The notes beneath the pieces were generated by a model, which was not told the origin of the DNA, did not search any database, and was given only the letters and a program-made list of their open reading frames with translations. 43,718 bases of DNA, taken from an uncultured bacterium (GTDB lineage Bacteria > Eisenbacteria > RBG-16-71-46 > JABDJR01 > JAWXBZ01). Below, piece after piece: positions 15,483-24,630 of this stretch. The stretch spans positions 1-43,718 of the forward strand of contig CAZQVN010000008.1 in the NCBI GenBank assembly GCA_964596775.1, read 5' to 3'. The first letter of the stretch is position 1. Each line of letters opens with the position of its first letter. The position numbers and the translations under genes were made by a program.

Positions 15483-16987
15483 CCGGCCCCATGCTGAAGG
15501 ACATGAGCTTCGAGGAGTTTCGCCGGCATGCTCGCCCGGACACCCTTGTGCCGGTCTACCGTGAAGCTCTCGCCGATCTGCTGACGCCGGTATCCGCGTT
15601 CCTGAAGCTCGGGGGGCCGTCCGCCGAGTCGTTTCTTCTCGAGAGCGTCGAGGGAGGGGAACGCCTGGCGCGCTACTCGTTTCTCGGCGGCGATCCGTTT
15701 CTCACGATCACGATCGCCCGCGGGCGTCTCGTTGTCGAGGACCGTCGATCCGGGGAGCGTACGGAGGCGGAAAGCTCGAACCCGGTCGAAGAGCTGCGTG
15801 AGCTGCTCTCCCGTTACCGGGCGGTCCGCGTTCCCGGTCTGCCCCGGTTTACCGGCGGGGCCGTCGGGTGCTTCGCCTACGACACGGTGCGGTGGCGGGA
15901 GGAGATCCCCGGTCGTGCAGAAAACGACCTGGATCACGCGGACTGCGTTCTTCACGTCTACGACACGCTGCTCGCGTTCGATCATGCCCGGCGCCGGGTG
16001 ACGGTGATCGCCAACGCGCACGTTGCCGGGACGGATGCGGGAGAGCTCGAAAGGGCCTACGCGGACGCGCGGGCCAGGATCGACACGCAGCTGGAGCGGT
16101 TGAGGCGCCCCCTGGAGATGTCGCCGACGGAAGCGAACGGGTCCCCGCCTCCGCAGGTCCGGTCGAACCTGGATCAGGCCGCGTACGAGTCGATGGTACG
16201 GAAGGCTCTCGAGTACATCCGCGCCGGAGACATCTTCCAGGTGGTTCTGTCCCAGCGGTTCGCGGTGACGACGTCCGCCGCCCCGTTCGACATCTACCGG
16301 TCGCTGCGGGCGATCAATCCGTCTCCCTACATGTTCTACCTGGGCCAGGCGGGGCGGACGATCGTCGGATCCTCGCCCGAGCCGCTCGTTCAACTCCAGG
16401 ACGGAATGCTCGAGTACCGCCCGATAGCCGGGACGGCGCCGCGCGGCTCCACGGACGAGGAGGACGTCGAACGCGCCGCCGCCATGCTGGCCGACGACAA
16501 GGAACGGGCCGAGCACGTGATGCTCGTGGATCTGGGCCGCAACGATCTCGGCCGGGTGGCCCGCCCGGGGAGCGTGGGGGTCCGGGATCTCATGGTCGTC
16601 GAGCGCTATTCGCACGTGATGCACATCGTGTCGCGACTCACCGCGGAACTCGCGCCCGGCCGCGACGCTCTCGACGTGCTGTTCGCCTGCCTGCCGGCCG
16701 GGACGGTATCCGGGGCGCCGAAGGTGAGGGCCATGGAGATCATCGACGAACTGGAACCGACGCGCAGGGGGCTCTATGCCGGAGCGATCGGATATCTCGA
16801 CTTTTCGGGAAACCTCGACACCTGCATCGCGCTGCGCACCATGTGCATCCAGGACGGCACGGCCTATGTCCAGGCCGGAGCCGGAATCGTGGCCGACAGC
16901 ATCCCGGAGCGCGAGTACCAGGAAACGATCCACAAGGCGAGGGCGTTGATCAGCGCCCTGGAAATGGCGGGGCAGGGTCTTGAGTGA
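15479..16987 (+). CDS. trpE: Anthranilate synthase component I
   Basis: Chorismate-binding family motifs LSQRFAV, GAIGYLDFSGNLDTCIALRT and PEPLV. The start overlaps the aroDE stop (GTGA), and ATGs at 15491 and 15503 are alternative starts. Confidence 0.9.
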   Translation: MTGPMLKDMSFEEFRRHARPDTLVPVYREALADLLTPVSAFLKLGGPSAESFLLESVEGGERLARYSFLGGDPFLTITIARGRLVVEDRRSGERTEAESSNPVEELRELLSRYRAVRVPGLPRFTGGAVGCFAYDTVRWREEIPGRAENDLDHADCVLHVYDTLLAFDHARRRVTVIANAHVAGTDAGELERAYADARARIDTQLERLRRPLEMSPTEANGSPPPQVRSNLDQAAYESMVRKALEYIRAGDIFQVVLSQRFAVTTSAAPFDIYRSLRAINPSPYMFYLGQAGRTIVGSSPEPLVQLQDGMLEYRPIAGTAPRGSTDEEDVERAAAMLADDKERAEHVMLVDLGRNDLGRVARPGSVGVRDLMVVERYSHVMHIVSRLTAELAPGRDALDVLFACLPAGTVSGAPKVRAMEIIDELEPTRRGLYAGAIGYLDFSGNLDTCIALRTMCIQDGTAYVQAGAGIVADSIPEREYQETIHKARALISALEMAGQGLE

Positions 16988-17645
16988 TGTGCCGAACGTC
17001 CGGGTGAAGGTCTGCGGCATCACGTCCGTGGAGGATGCGGTGATGGCCGCGTCCCTCGGCGTCGATGCGATCGGGCTGAACTTTCATCCCGGCAGCCCGC
17101 GCTGCGTGAGCCGCGAAACGGCGCGCGAGATCGTCGCCGCGCTCCCCTCGTGCGTCGTCACGGTCGGAATCTTCGTCGATCTGCCCGGCGGTGATGTGGA
17201 CGCGATCGCCCGGGAGGTTGGACTCGATCGACTCCAGCTTCACGGCAGCGAGGACCCCGAATACTGCCGGGCGAGGGAGAGGCGGGTCATCAAGGCGCTC
17301 CGGACCGGGCCCGGGGTCGACACCGACTTCGTGGCACGCTATGCGCCGTTGCCGATTCTCCTCGACGGATATCGCCCCGGGCTGGCCGGGGGCACCGGCC
17401 GGGTTGCCGACTGGGGTCTGGCCCGCGTCCTCGTGGAACAGGGGGTCGAAGTCCTTCTTGCCGGCGGACTCAACCCGGACAACGTGGCCGACGCGGTCCT
17501 CGCGGTCGGTCCGGCGGCGGTGGACCTGAACAGCGGCGTCGAAACGGCGCCGGGGGTGAAGAACAGGGATCGGCTTTCCGCCGCCCTGAACGCCCTTGGC
17601 CGGCTTCGCACTCCCGCACCCAGAGAGCAGAGGCTGATCGAATGA
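16980..17645 (+). CDS. trpF: Phosphoribosylanthranilate isomerase
   Basis: VRVKVCGIT at the N-terminus and the (beta/alpha)8 TrpF length. The start is a TTG at 16980 or a GTG at 16989, either overlapping or abutting the trpE stop. Confidence 0.85.
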   Translation: MSDVPNVRVKVCGITSVEDAVMAASLGVDAIGLNFHPGSPRCVSRETAREIVAALPSCVVTVGIFVDLPGGDVDAIAREVGLDRLQLHGSEDPEYCRARERRVIKALRTGPGVDTDFVARYAPLPILLDGYRPGLAGGTGRVADWGLARVLVEQGVEVLLAGGLNPDNVADAVLAVGPAAVDLNSGVETAPGVKNRDRLSAALNALGRLRTPAPREQRLIE

Positions 17646-18853
17646 CACTGTTCCGACCGTTTGCCCTTCCCGACGACCGCGGCTATTTCGGCGACTTCGG
17701 CGGCCGCTTCGTTCCGGAAACGCTGATGCAGGCCCTGAACGAACTGGATGCGGAATACCGGTCCGCACTCTCCGATCCGGAATTCGAGAAGGAGTTTCTC
17801 CTCGAACTGAGGACGTTCGCGGGCCGGCCGACGGCGCTCTATCGGGCCGAGCGGCTCGGCCGGACGTGGGGAAACCTCGACGTCTACCTGAAGCGGGAGG
17901 ATCTCCTCCACACCGGCGCCCACAAGATCAACAACACGATCGGGCAGATCCTCCTGGCGCGCCGGATGGGGAAGACGCGGATCATCGCGGAAACCGGCGC
18001 CGGGCAGCATGGCGTGGCCACGGCCACCGTGGCCGCCAAGTTCGGTCTCCCCTGCGTCGTGTACATGGGGGAGGAGGACGTCCGCAGGCAGTCGCTGAAC
18101 TACTTCCGCATGAAACTGCTGGGCGCGGAGGTTCGCGCCGTCTCCTCGGGGAGTCGCACGCTCAAGGACGCCACCAACGAGGCGATCCGCGACTGGGTCA
18201 CGAACGTCCGCGACACGTTCTACATCATCGGCTCCGTCGTGGGGCCGCACCCGTATCCGGCCATGGTCCGCGACTTCCAGTCCGTGATCGGGATCGAGGC
18301 CCGGGAGCAGATGCTGGAGCGGACCGGGGCGCTGCCGGACCTGGCGGTGGCCTGCGTCGGCGGAGGGTCCAATGCCATGGGCCTTTTCCACGCCTTCCGT
18401 GACGACGAAAGCGTGGAGCTTGTCGGTGTGGAAGCGGCGGGCGAAGGGCTGGCGAGCGGCCGGCACTCCGCCACGCTCACCGCCGGGGCTCCGGGCGTGC
18501 TCCATGGAACGCGGTCCTACCTGCTCCAGGACGCGGACGGCCAGGTGCAGCTGGCGCATTCGATCTCGGCGGGCCTCGACTACCCGGGCGTCGGCCCCGA
18601 GCACTCCTGGCTCAAGGATTCGGGCCGGGTCCGTTACGACACGATCGGTGATGACGACGCTCTCTCCGCACTGCAGGAGACATCCCGGTTGACCGGAATC
18701 ATCCCCGCCCTGGAAACGGCGCATGCCCTGGCCTGGCTGCGGCGGGAAGGCCCGAAGCGGAAACCCGGGTCCAGGGTGCTCCTCTGCCTTTCGGGGCGCG
18801 GCGACAAGGACGTGCCCCGGGTGGCCGAGATTCTCGGCGGAGGCGCACGATGA
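17642..18853 (+). CDS. trpB: Tryptophan synthase beta chain
   Basis: [12 protein letters not shown] and the PLP-lysine motif HTGAHKINN, with an ATGA overlap to trpF. Confidence 0.93.
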   Translation: MTLFRPFALPDDRGYFGDFGGRFVPETLMQALNELDAEYRSALSDPEFEKEFLLELRTFAGRPTALYRAERLGRTWGNLDVYLKREDLLHTGAHKINNTIGQILLARRMGKTRIIAETGAGQHGVATATVAAKFGLPCVVYMGEEDVRRQSLNYFRMKLLGAEVRAVSSGSRTLKDATNEAIRDWVTNVRDTFYIIGSVVGPHPYPAMVRDFQSVIGIEAREQMLERTGALPDLAVACVGGGSNAMGLFHAFRDDESVELVGVEAAGEGLASGRHSATLTAGAPGVLHGTRSYLLQDADGQVQLAHSISAGLDYPGVGPEHSWLKDSGRVRYDTIGDDDALSALQETSRLTGIIPALETAHALAWLRREGPKRKPGSRVLLCLSGRGDKDVPRVAEILGGGAR

Positions 18854-19674
18854 CGGAGAGCCGCTCCGGTTCCGCCCGGATTCGGTCCCGCCTCGAAGGG
18901 GCCGCGGCGTCGGGCCGTCCACTGGTGATCCCCTACCTGACGGCCGGGTATCCGGAGATCGGGGAAAGCGTCGACCTGATTCTGGCCGCCGACCGGGCCG
19001 GGGCGGACATGATCGAAATCGGGCTCCCGTTTTCCGACCCGCTCGCGGACGGGCCGGTGATCCAGGCCGCATCTCAGCGTGCGCTGGAGCGGGGGATGAC
19101 GCACCGGAAGGCACTTGACGTTGTACGTGAAGTCCGGCGAACATCCTCAACGCCGCTGATATTCATGGGTTACTATAACCCGTTGCTCCGATTTGGCTTG
19201 GAGGCCTTCTTCAAGGCAATGCGCGAAGCGGGTGCCGACGGCGTCATCGTTCCGGATCTCCCCTTTGAAGAGTCCGCGGCGGCGCGCCGTGCGGCGGAGG
19301 CCGCGGGGATCAGCCTCGTGTTTCTGATCGCGCCCACGACGCCCGTGGATCGCATGGAGATACTGGATCGGGCCTCGACCGACTTTTCCTACTGCGTGTC
19401 CGTGACGGGCGTCACCGGTGCCAGGGACCATCTGGATTCGGGTATCGGGGCGTACCTGGGGCGGGTGGCGGAGCGGGTCCGGAAGCCGTTCGTGGTCGGC
19501 TTCGGCATCGCCCGGCCGGAACAGGTCCGTGACGTGGCGCCTCCGGCGGCCGGCGTGGTGATCGGCAGCGCTCTCATCCGGGCAATCGACGCCGCGGGAC
19601 CGGACGCCGGTGCCCGGCGCGAGGCGGTGGGGCGATTTCTGAATGAATTCACCGGCGGGAGCAGAACGGACTGA
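18850..19674 (+). CDS. trpA: Tryptophan synthase alpha chain
   Basis: Typical TrpA layout ([33 protein letters not shown]), with an ATGA overlap to trpB. Confidence 0.9.
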   Translation: MTESRSGSARIRSRLEGAAASGRPLVIPYLTAGYPEIGESVDLILAADRAGADMIEIGLPFSDPLADGPVIQAASQRALERGMTHRKALDVVREVRRTSSTPLIFMGYYNPLLRFGLEAFFKAMREAGADGVIVPDLPFEESAAARRAAEAAGISLVFLIAPTTPVDRMEILDRASTDFSYCVSVTGVTGARDHLDSGIGAYLGRVAERVRKPFVVGFGIARPEQVRDVAPPAAGVVIGSALIRAIDAAGPDAGARREAVGRFLNEFTGGSRTD

Positions 19675-19846
19675 TCTGGCCTATACTCCAGCCGCATCGC
19701 ACCGGACCGGTTGCAGTCGAAACAAGACCGCCCGCGGGGCGGATAAACACGGACACGGTTCACGGAACCTTCGCGCAACGCCTGAACGCCGACGGAGCCG
19801 TGGCCTGGACGATCACGGTTTGATCGAGCCATGAAGGGATGAACGC

Positions 19847-20869
19847 ATGCTGATTGTCATGAGCCAGACCGCCCGCCCCGAGGACATGAAACGGGTCGTG
19901 GAGACGATAGAGGGGATGGGGTTCAAGGCGAATCCGATTCCGGGAGCCACGCGCACCGCCATCGGCATCACCGGAAACCAGGGTGCCGTGGATCCACGGA
20001 TTTTCGAGGCCCTCCCCGGGGTCCAGGAAGCGATCCCGGTGTCGAAGCCGTTCAAGCTCGTGAGTCGCGAGTGGAAGGCGGAACGAACCATCGTGAAAGT
20101 CGGGGAGACACTGATCGGGGGCGGCCACCTGGCGGTCATGGCCGGTCCGTGCGGCGTGGAGTCCGAAGAACAGGCGATGACGATCGCCAGGGCCGTGAAG
20201 GCGGCCGGAGCCACGATCTTCCGGGCCGGGGCGTTCAAGCCGCGGACATCGCCGTACTCCTTCCAGGGGCTCGGCGAGGAAGGGCTCAAGATTCTTGCCA
20301 GGGTCCGGAAGGAAACCGGGCTTCCGGTGGTCACCGAGGCCATCGACGCCCAGAACCTGGAACTCGTGGAGCAGTACACGGACATGATCCAGATCGGGGC
20401 GCGGAACATGCAGGCCTACACGCTGCTGCGGCGGGCCGGACGATCGAAACTTCCGGTTCTGCTCAAGCGCGGCATGTCGGCCACGGTCGACGAACTGCTG
20501 CTCGCCGCCGAGTACATCATGAACGAGGGAAACCCGAACGTGGTGCTGTGCGAGCGAGGGGTGCGGACGTTCGCGGATCACACCCGGAACACGCTCGACC
20601 TCTCGGCGATCCCTGCCGTGAAGCGGATGAGCCATCTTCCGATCATCGCCGACCCGTCGCACGGGACGGGAAAGCGGGACAAGGTGGCGCCGATGGCCTG
20701 CGCCGCGGTGGCGGCCGGATCCGACGGGCTCATGATCGAGGTGCATCACCAGCCGGAAAAGGCTCTTTCCGACGGATTCCAGGCGCTTTACCCGGAACAG
20801 TTTTCGGCCATGATGAAGACGGTGCGCCAGTTGTCGGAACTGATGAAGGAAGCGGGCGGGGTGGCCTGA
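19847..20869 (+). CDS. aroF: 3-deoxy-7-phosphoheptulonate (DAHP) synthase, class I-beta with N-terminal ACT/ferredoxin-like regulatory domain
   Basis: An N-terminal ~70-aa regulatory domain precedes a KDSA/DAHP TIM barrel (GPCGVES, RAGAFKPRTSPYSFQG). The SD GAAGGGA is upstream. Confidence 0.85.
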   Translation: MLIVMSQTARPEDMKRVVETIEGMGFKANPIPGATRTAIGITGNQGAVDPRIFEALPGVQEAIPVSKPFKLVSREWKAERTIVKVGETLIGGGHLAVMAGPCGVESEEQAMTIARAVKAAGATIFRAGAFKPRTSPYSFQGLGEEGLKILARVRKETGLPVVTEAIDAQNLELVEQYTDMIQIGARNMQAYTLLRRAGRSKLPVLLKRGMSATVDELLLAAEYIMNEGNPNVVLCERGVRTFADHTRNTLDLSAIPAVKRMSHLPIIADPSHGTGKRDKVAPMACAAVAAGSDGLMIEVHHQPEKALSDGFQALYPEQFSAMMKTVRQLSELMKEAGGVA

Positions 20870-20881
20870 TCGGCCGGGTGA

Positions 20882-21559
20882 TCAGCCCTGGACCTGGAAT
20901 TTCTTTTCGCCGGCGGGGATCGCCACGTTGAGGACGTTTTCCTCCGGCGGTATCGGGCAGGCCCAACGGTGGCTGTAGGCGCAGTAGGGGTTGTAGGCCA
21001 GGTTGAAGTCGACGAGGAAGCGCCCCGAGTCGGCGGGTCGCGGCTCCACATAACGTCCCACCTCGTAGGTGTCGATGCCGGCGGTGGCATCCCGGAACGG
21101 AAGAAAGAAGTAGTTGTGATAGGGCTCGCGGAACAGCGTCAGTTCCGTATCCACGCCGTCCACCGTCAGGTGCAGCGTTCCGGCCACCTCGAATTTTCTC
21201 TCCGCCCCCTTTGTGTCCATGATCGTGACGGTGTCGCGGCGGGTGGCCACCTCCAGCGGGAGCACGAAGCGGTACTTCGGGTCGATCGGAAAGTAGTCGA
21301 GTCCGGTGAACCGGCTGCGGACGTCCTCTTCGAGCGGGGATTCCTCGCCGCGGAGGAACAGGTTCATCTCGGCCCGATGTTCCTGTATGCCCCCGAAGTA
21401 CGCGCTGTCGGGGGGAATCGAGTCCAGATCGGGAGCGATGGGCAACGTTTCCACCGGCGGGGATATGGCCGCGGGCGCCGGCTGATTGCGGGTGCGCAGC
21501 ACGACGACGATGGCCGCCACGACGAGAACGAGCATCAGGTAGAGGGGCAGTTTCTTCAT
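20882..21559 (-). CDS. DUF1684-family protein with N-terminal membrane anchor/signal
   Basis: A hydrophobic N-terminus (LYLMLVLVVAAIVVVL) and DUF1684-like motifs (YNPYCAY, HRWACPIP). SD AGAGGA is upstream. The DUF assignment is from memory. Confidence 0.55.
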   Translation of the reverse strand: MKKLPLYLMLVLVVAAIVVVLRTRNQPAPAAISPPVETLPIAPDLDSIPPDSAYFGGIQEHRAEMNLFLRGEESPLEEDVRSRFTGLDYFPIDPKYRFVLPLEVATRRDTVTIMDTKGAERKFEVAGTLHLTVDGVDTELTLFREPYHNYFFLPFRDATAGIDTYEVGRYVEPRPADSGRFLVDFNLAYNPYCAYSHRWACPIPPEENVLNVAIPAGEKKFQVQG

Positions 21560-21624
21560 GGGATCCTCTGGGTTCGGGCCGTTGCCCCGGGATCATACGT
21601 CCGGCCCGGACAGGGGGCAACGGA

Positions 21625-21666
21625 GTCATGAAAAAGGCGGGCCGGAAAGCCCGCCTTTTTCATGAC
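21625..21666. terminator. Perfect 42-bp palindromic bidirectional intrinsic terminator (GTCATGAAAAAGGCGGGC-CGGAAA-GCCCGCCTTTTTCATGAC)
   Basis: A 7-bp GC stem is flanked by A5/T5 on both sides. It lies 23 nt downstream of the lipoprotein gene stop at 21689. Confidence 0.7.
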
Positions 21667-21688
21667 CCTTTGCTCGTGTGGTCGAAAA

Positions 21689-22264
21689 TCAGGGATTCGA
21701 GCGCTTCTCACGCTGGCGGTCGTCCCAGGCTCCGATGATGGACACGTACCAGGGACGCTTGTCGATCCGGTTGGCGAACTCCCGGTTGACCGAGTCCTGC
21801 TGCGTCAGCACGAACTGGGTGTAATCCTCGATGTACGAAATGCGCTTGTTGTACCCGTCGAGACGGCTCTTGAGCGAATCCGCCACCGTGCTCTTGTGGG
21901 CCACGATGTCGTCGTTGACCTCTTTCTTGAAGTCCTTCACGTTCTCGGTGATCGTCCGGAGGCGGTTTTCCACCTCGGCGATCATCTGCACCTTGACCTG
22001 ATCCGGCTTGGCCGAGACGGAGTCGAGCGAGACCATGACCGCGGGAATGTACTCTTCCTTGATCACCCTCAGTTCTTCCTTGAGCACGTTCTGCTTGTCG
22101 TTGATCTGAAGGTTCTGCTCCTTGACGAGACGCATCTGCTTGTCGACGTCGCGCTTCAGGCGCTCCATCTCCGCAAGCGTCAGCTTGTCTCCTTCCGAAC
22201 AACCGAGCAACCCAACCGCGAGGGTGGCCCCCAGACCGGCCAGTATCCACCGGCTCCTGCGCAT
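21689..22264 (-). CDS. Coiled-coil lipoprotein of unknown function (191 aa), lower GC than surroundings
   Basis: Signal peptide plus lipobox (LAVGLLGC) and a Lys/Glu-rich heptad-like sequence. SD GGGGAG is upstream. The gene is monocistronic, between a consensus sigma70 promoter and the palindromic terminator. Confidence 0.7.
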   Translation of the reverse strand: MRRSRWILAGLGATLAVGLLGCSEGDKLTLAEMERLKRDVDKQMRLVKEQNLQINDKQNVLKEELRVIKEEYIPAVMVSLDSVSAKPDQVKVQMIAEVENRLRTITENVKDFKKEVNDDIVAHKSTVADSLKSRLDGYNKRISYIEDYTQFVLTQQDSVNREFANRIDKRPWYVSIIGAWDDRQREKRSNP

Positions 22265-22387
22265 GATGATCTCCCCTTAAAAGCAAGCCCCGAAGAGTGA
22301 AGAAGGTTGGTACGTATTCGAGGGGACTGGACCTAACCTGTTCACTGAGCGCGCTGTTGCGATCAGTGAGGGAACGAAAGCTGACTG

Positions 22388-22416
22388 AATATAGGCCAGC
22401 GATCCCCACGTGTCAA
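22388..22416 (-). promoter_or_regulatory. Consensus sigma70 promoter (-35 TTGACA, 17-nt spacer, -10 TATATT) for the lipoprotein gene
   Basis: TTGACA is the reverse complement of 22411-22416 and TATATT the reverse complement of 22388-22393. The ~115-nt leader contains the inverted repeat TCACTGA-N14-TCAGTGA (22342-22369). Confidence 0.6.
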
Positions 22417-22426
22417 CCAAACGGAA

Positions 22427-24580
22427 TTACCGGTTTTCCGGCCTCAAATCCGCCAGAAGAGGGTCCCTACGAGCCTCTTCCGGAGGGAGTCCCAGCGCGA
22501 GCGCCGCCTCCAGAAACCGGGTCGCGGCGACGGGGTCGCCGGAGCGTGAAGCCAGCCGGGCCCGTTGAAACGGGGGGAGGGAACTGGACGGGTCGGAATC
22601 TCCGGCCCGCCGCCAGAAGTCGTCGGCCTCACGGAACCTCCCCTGGCTGTAGGCGAGGAGCCCCAGGTTGTAGAGCGTGCGGAAGTGACGTGGCTCCAGT
22701 TCCAGACCGCGCCGCCAGTTGTTTTCGGCGATTTCGGTCCCGCCGCGGCGCAGTGCCACGAGCCCGAGGCTCAGGTGCAGTTCCGCCGTGGTTTCCCCGA
22801 GGTTCAGGGCATGGGAGAGAGCCAGCCCGGCCGCGACATCGTTCCCCGAGGCCTCGTAGGCGAAGCCGAGGTCGCGGTGTACCTCCGCCCGGTCCGGGAC
22901 GAGCCCCGCTGCTTTTTCCAGGTGGGGCACCGCTTCGCCGGCCCGCCCGTTTCCCAGCAGCCACTTTCCGTATCCGTAATGGGCCTGCCACGACTCCGGC
23001 ATTCGCTCGGCGAGCCCCTGGAACTCCGCTCCGGCCAGGCTGTCCCTGCCGACCGCTTCCAGGGCCCAGGCCCGTCCCAGGCGGGGAAGGTCCTGTCCGG
23101 GCGCAAGGAGCACCGCCTGGTCCAGGGCCTCGAGCGCCGCCTCGAAGTCGCCGCGGTTGTACAGGGCTTCCCCGAGCTTGTGCCACGCATCGGCCGGGTC
23201 GGACCGCGTGTCCGCTCCCCAGGTGAGATTGGCGGCCACCAGGGCCGCGGCCGCGGCAAGAACCGCGCGGCGGTGGATGCGGAACGCAGCCGGCGCCCCG
23301 AGGAGGATCACGATGCCCAGACCCGCCGGAATGGCCAGGAACGGCACCATCGGAAGGCGGAACCGGTCGCAGATGAAGAACGGGAGGAGGGTCGCGGCAT
23401 AGACCAGGGGGAAGCTCCAGACTGCAAACAGCGGGCGCCGCGATGGCGCTCCGGCCAGCCCGAGCACCGCCAGCGGAACGAGAATCCCCCAGGGGAAAAA
23501 GAGCGGCCCCCAGCGGGCCACCAGAAACGACAGCAGCAGGGAATCGCGACGGGCGATGTACAGATCCCGGTTGTTGGGGACCTCGTACCCCGACAGCAGG
23601 GCGCCGGTCTTGGCGAGATAGAGCCGCAGAGCCGACGCCGGATTGCCGGAGATCCAGGACAGGCCCTTCTCGAACCAGAAGTCGGATACCTGGGAATCCC
23701 GAAGCTTCCGGCCGGTCTCCGCTTCCGCGATCGCCTTGACCCGGGGGACGAACTCGTCCCAGCCCGCATCGCCGAGCTCGGGAACGACGACATGCCGTCC
23801 GTCGGCCGCGGCGTTGTTGCCGGCGTAGAAGTTGATTCCTCCCTGGCTGGCCACCGGGATGAAATCTCCGGAGGAGATGAAGTTGACCGCCGTCACCGGA
23901 AGTACGGGGAGCAGCGCGCCGGCCAGGATCGGAAGGACAAGCCGGCGGGCGCGGCGCCGCGAGATCGGGTCGGGGGCCGTGACGAACGGAACGGCCAGGG
24001 CCGCGGGCAGGAGGGCCAGCGCGCTGGGACGGGTGATCACCGCGAAACCGAGCGCCAGCGCGCCCAGGAACCAGGGAAGGCTCCGGGCGTCTTCGTCGCC
24101 GAGCGATCGCTGCCCGAGGGTGAAGCAGCTGAGGGTCATCACGAGAAGGGGAACGGCCAGCGCTTCGTGGAGGAGTTCACCGGACGAAAAGACGAGCGGT
24201 CCGTACAGGGCCATGATCAGGCCGGAGGCGATTGCCGCACGGCGGTCGGCGAGAACACCGGCCGTCCACGCGACGCCGCCCGCCGCCAGCGACCCGAGGA
24301 GCGCCTGGAGAAGGCGGGGCGCCCAGGGGCCCGCGCCGCCCAGCGCGTCGACGATGGCCAGAAACCAGCTGTACAGCGGTGCGCGAAAGTACGGAGCCCC
24401 GGCCAGCGGATGCCCGGAGGCGATCCGCGCCGCGAGGTCGCGGTGGAACGCGGCGTCCAGGATGGGCTCCGTGAAGAAGACGGAGCTGCTGAACTCGAGG
24501 AGATAGACGAGACGGACAAGGAAAGCAACGCCCGTGATCACGAGGATCACGGGCGTCAGGCGGGGTGCCGATGTCCGCAC
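22427..24580 (-). CDS. Polytopic GT-C-fold membrane protein with C-terminal TPR repeats (third paralog)
   Basis: It shares YFRAPLYSWFLAI and QGGINFYAGNN with 7639-9723 and has a C-terminal TPR array. The upper part of the 958-aa ORF-track ORF overlaps the acyl-CoA dehydrogenase gene in another frame and is spurious. The start is placed at the GTG at 24580 (VRTSAPRLTPVILVITGVAFLV), with a TTG at 24610 as the alternative. Confidence 0.65.
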   Translation of the reverse strand: MRTSAPRLTPVILVITGVAFLVRLVYLLEFSSSVFFTEPILDAAFHRDLAARIASGHPLAGAPYFRAPLYSWFLAIVDALGGAGPWAPRLLQALLGSLAAGGVAWTAGVLADRRAAIASGLIMALYGPLVFSSGELLHEALAVPLLVMTLSCFTLGQRSLGDEDARSLPWFLGALALGFAVITRPSALALLPAALAVPFVTAPDPISRRRARRLVLPILAGALLPVLPVTAVNFISSGDFIPVASQGGINFYAGNNAAADGRHVVVPELGDAGWDEFVPRVKAIAEAETGRKLRDSQVSDFWFEKGLSWISGNPASALRLYLAKTGALLSGYEVPNNRDLYIARRDSLLLSFLVARWGPLFFPWGILVPLAVLGLAGAPSRRPLFAVWSFPLVYAATLLPFFICDRFRLPMVPFLAIPAGLGIVILLGAPAAFRIHRRAVLAAAAALVAANLTWGADTRSDPADAWHKLGEALYNRGDFEAALEALDQAVLLAPGQDLPRLGRAWALEAVGRDSLAGAEFQGLAERMPESWQAHYGYGKWLLGNGRAGEAVPHLEKAAGLVPDRAEVHRDLGFAYEASGNDVAAGLALSHALNLGETTAELHLSLGLVALRRGGTEIAENNWRRGLELEPRHFRTLYNLGLLAYSQGRFREADDFWRRAGDSDPSSSLPPFQRARLASRSGDPVAATRFLEAALALGLPPEEARRDPLLADLRPENR

Positions 24581-24630
24581 CGGCGACTCTGAATGTTCCA
24601 GCGAAGGCAAAGCCGTGATGGCCCTTCCGT

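Noticed and set aside
15296-19150. Minus-strand 575-aa and 603-aa ORFs and the plus-strand 371-aa ORF across the trp genes
   Set aside because: Antisense or alternative-frame ORFs with extreme Arg/Pro/Gly content. The trpE, trpF, trpB and trpA signatures are unambiguous.
22565-24592. 675-aa plus-strand ORF and the N-terminal 240 codons of the 958-aa minus-strand ORF
   Set aside because: The first is antisense to the GT-C/TPR gene. The second overlaps the acyl-CoA dehydrogenase coding sequence in another frame. The membrane protein starts at the GTG (or TTG) just downstream of the ACAD stop.
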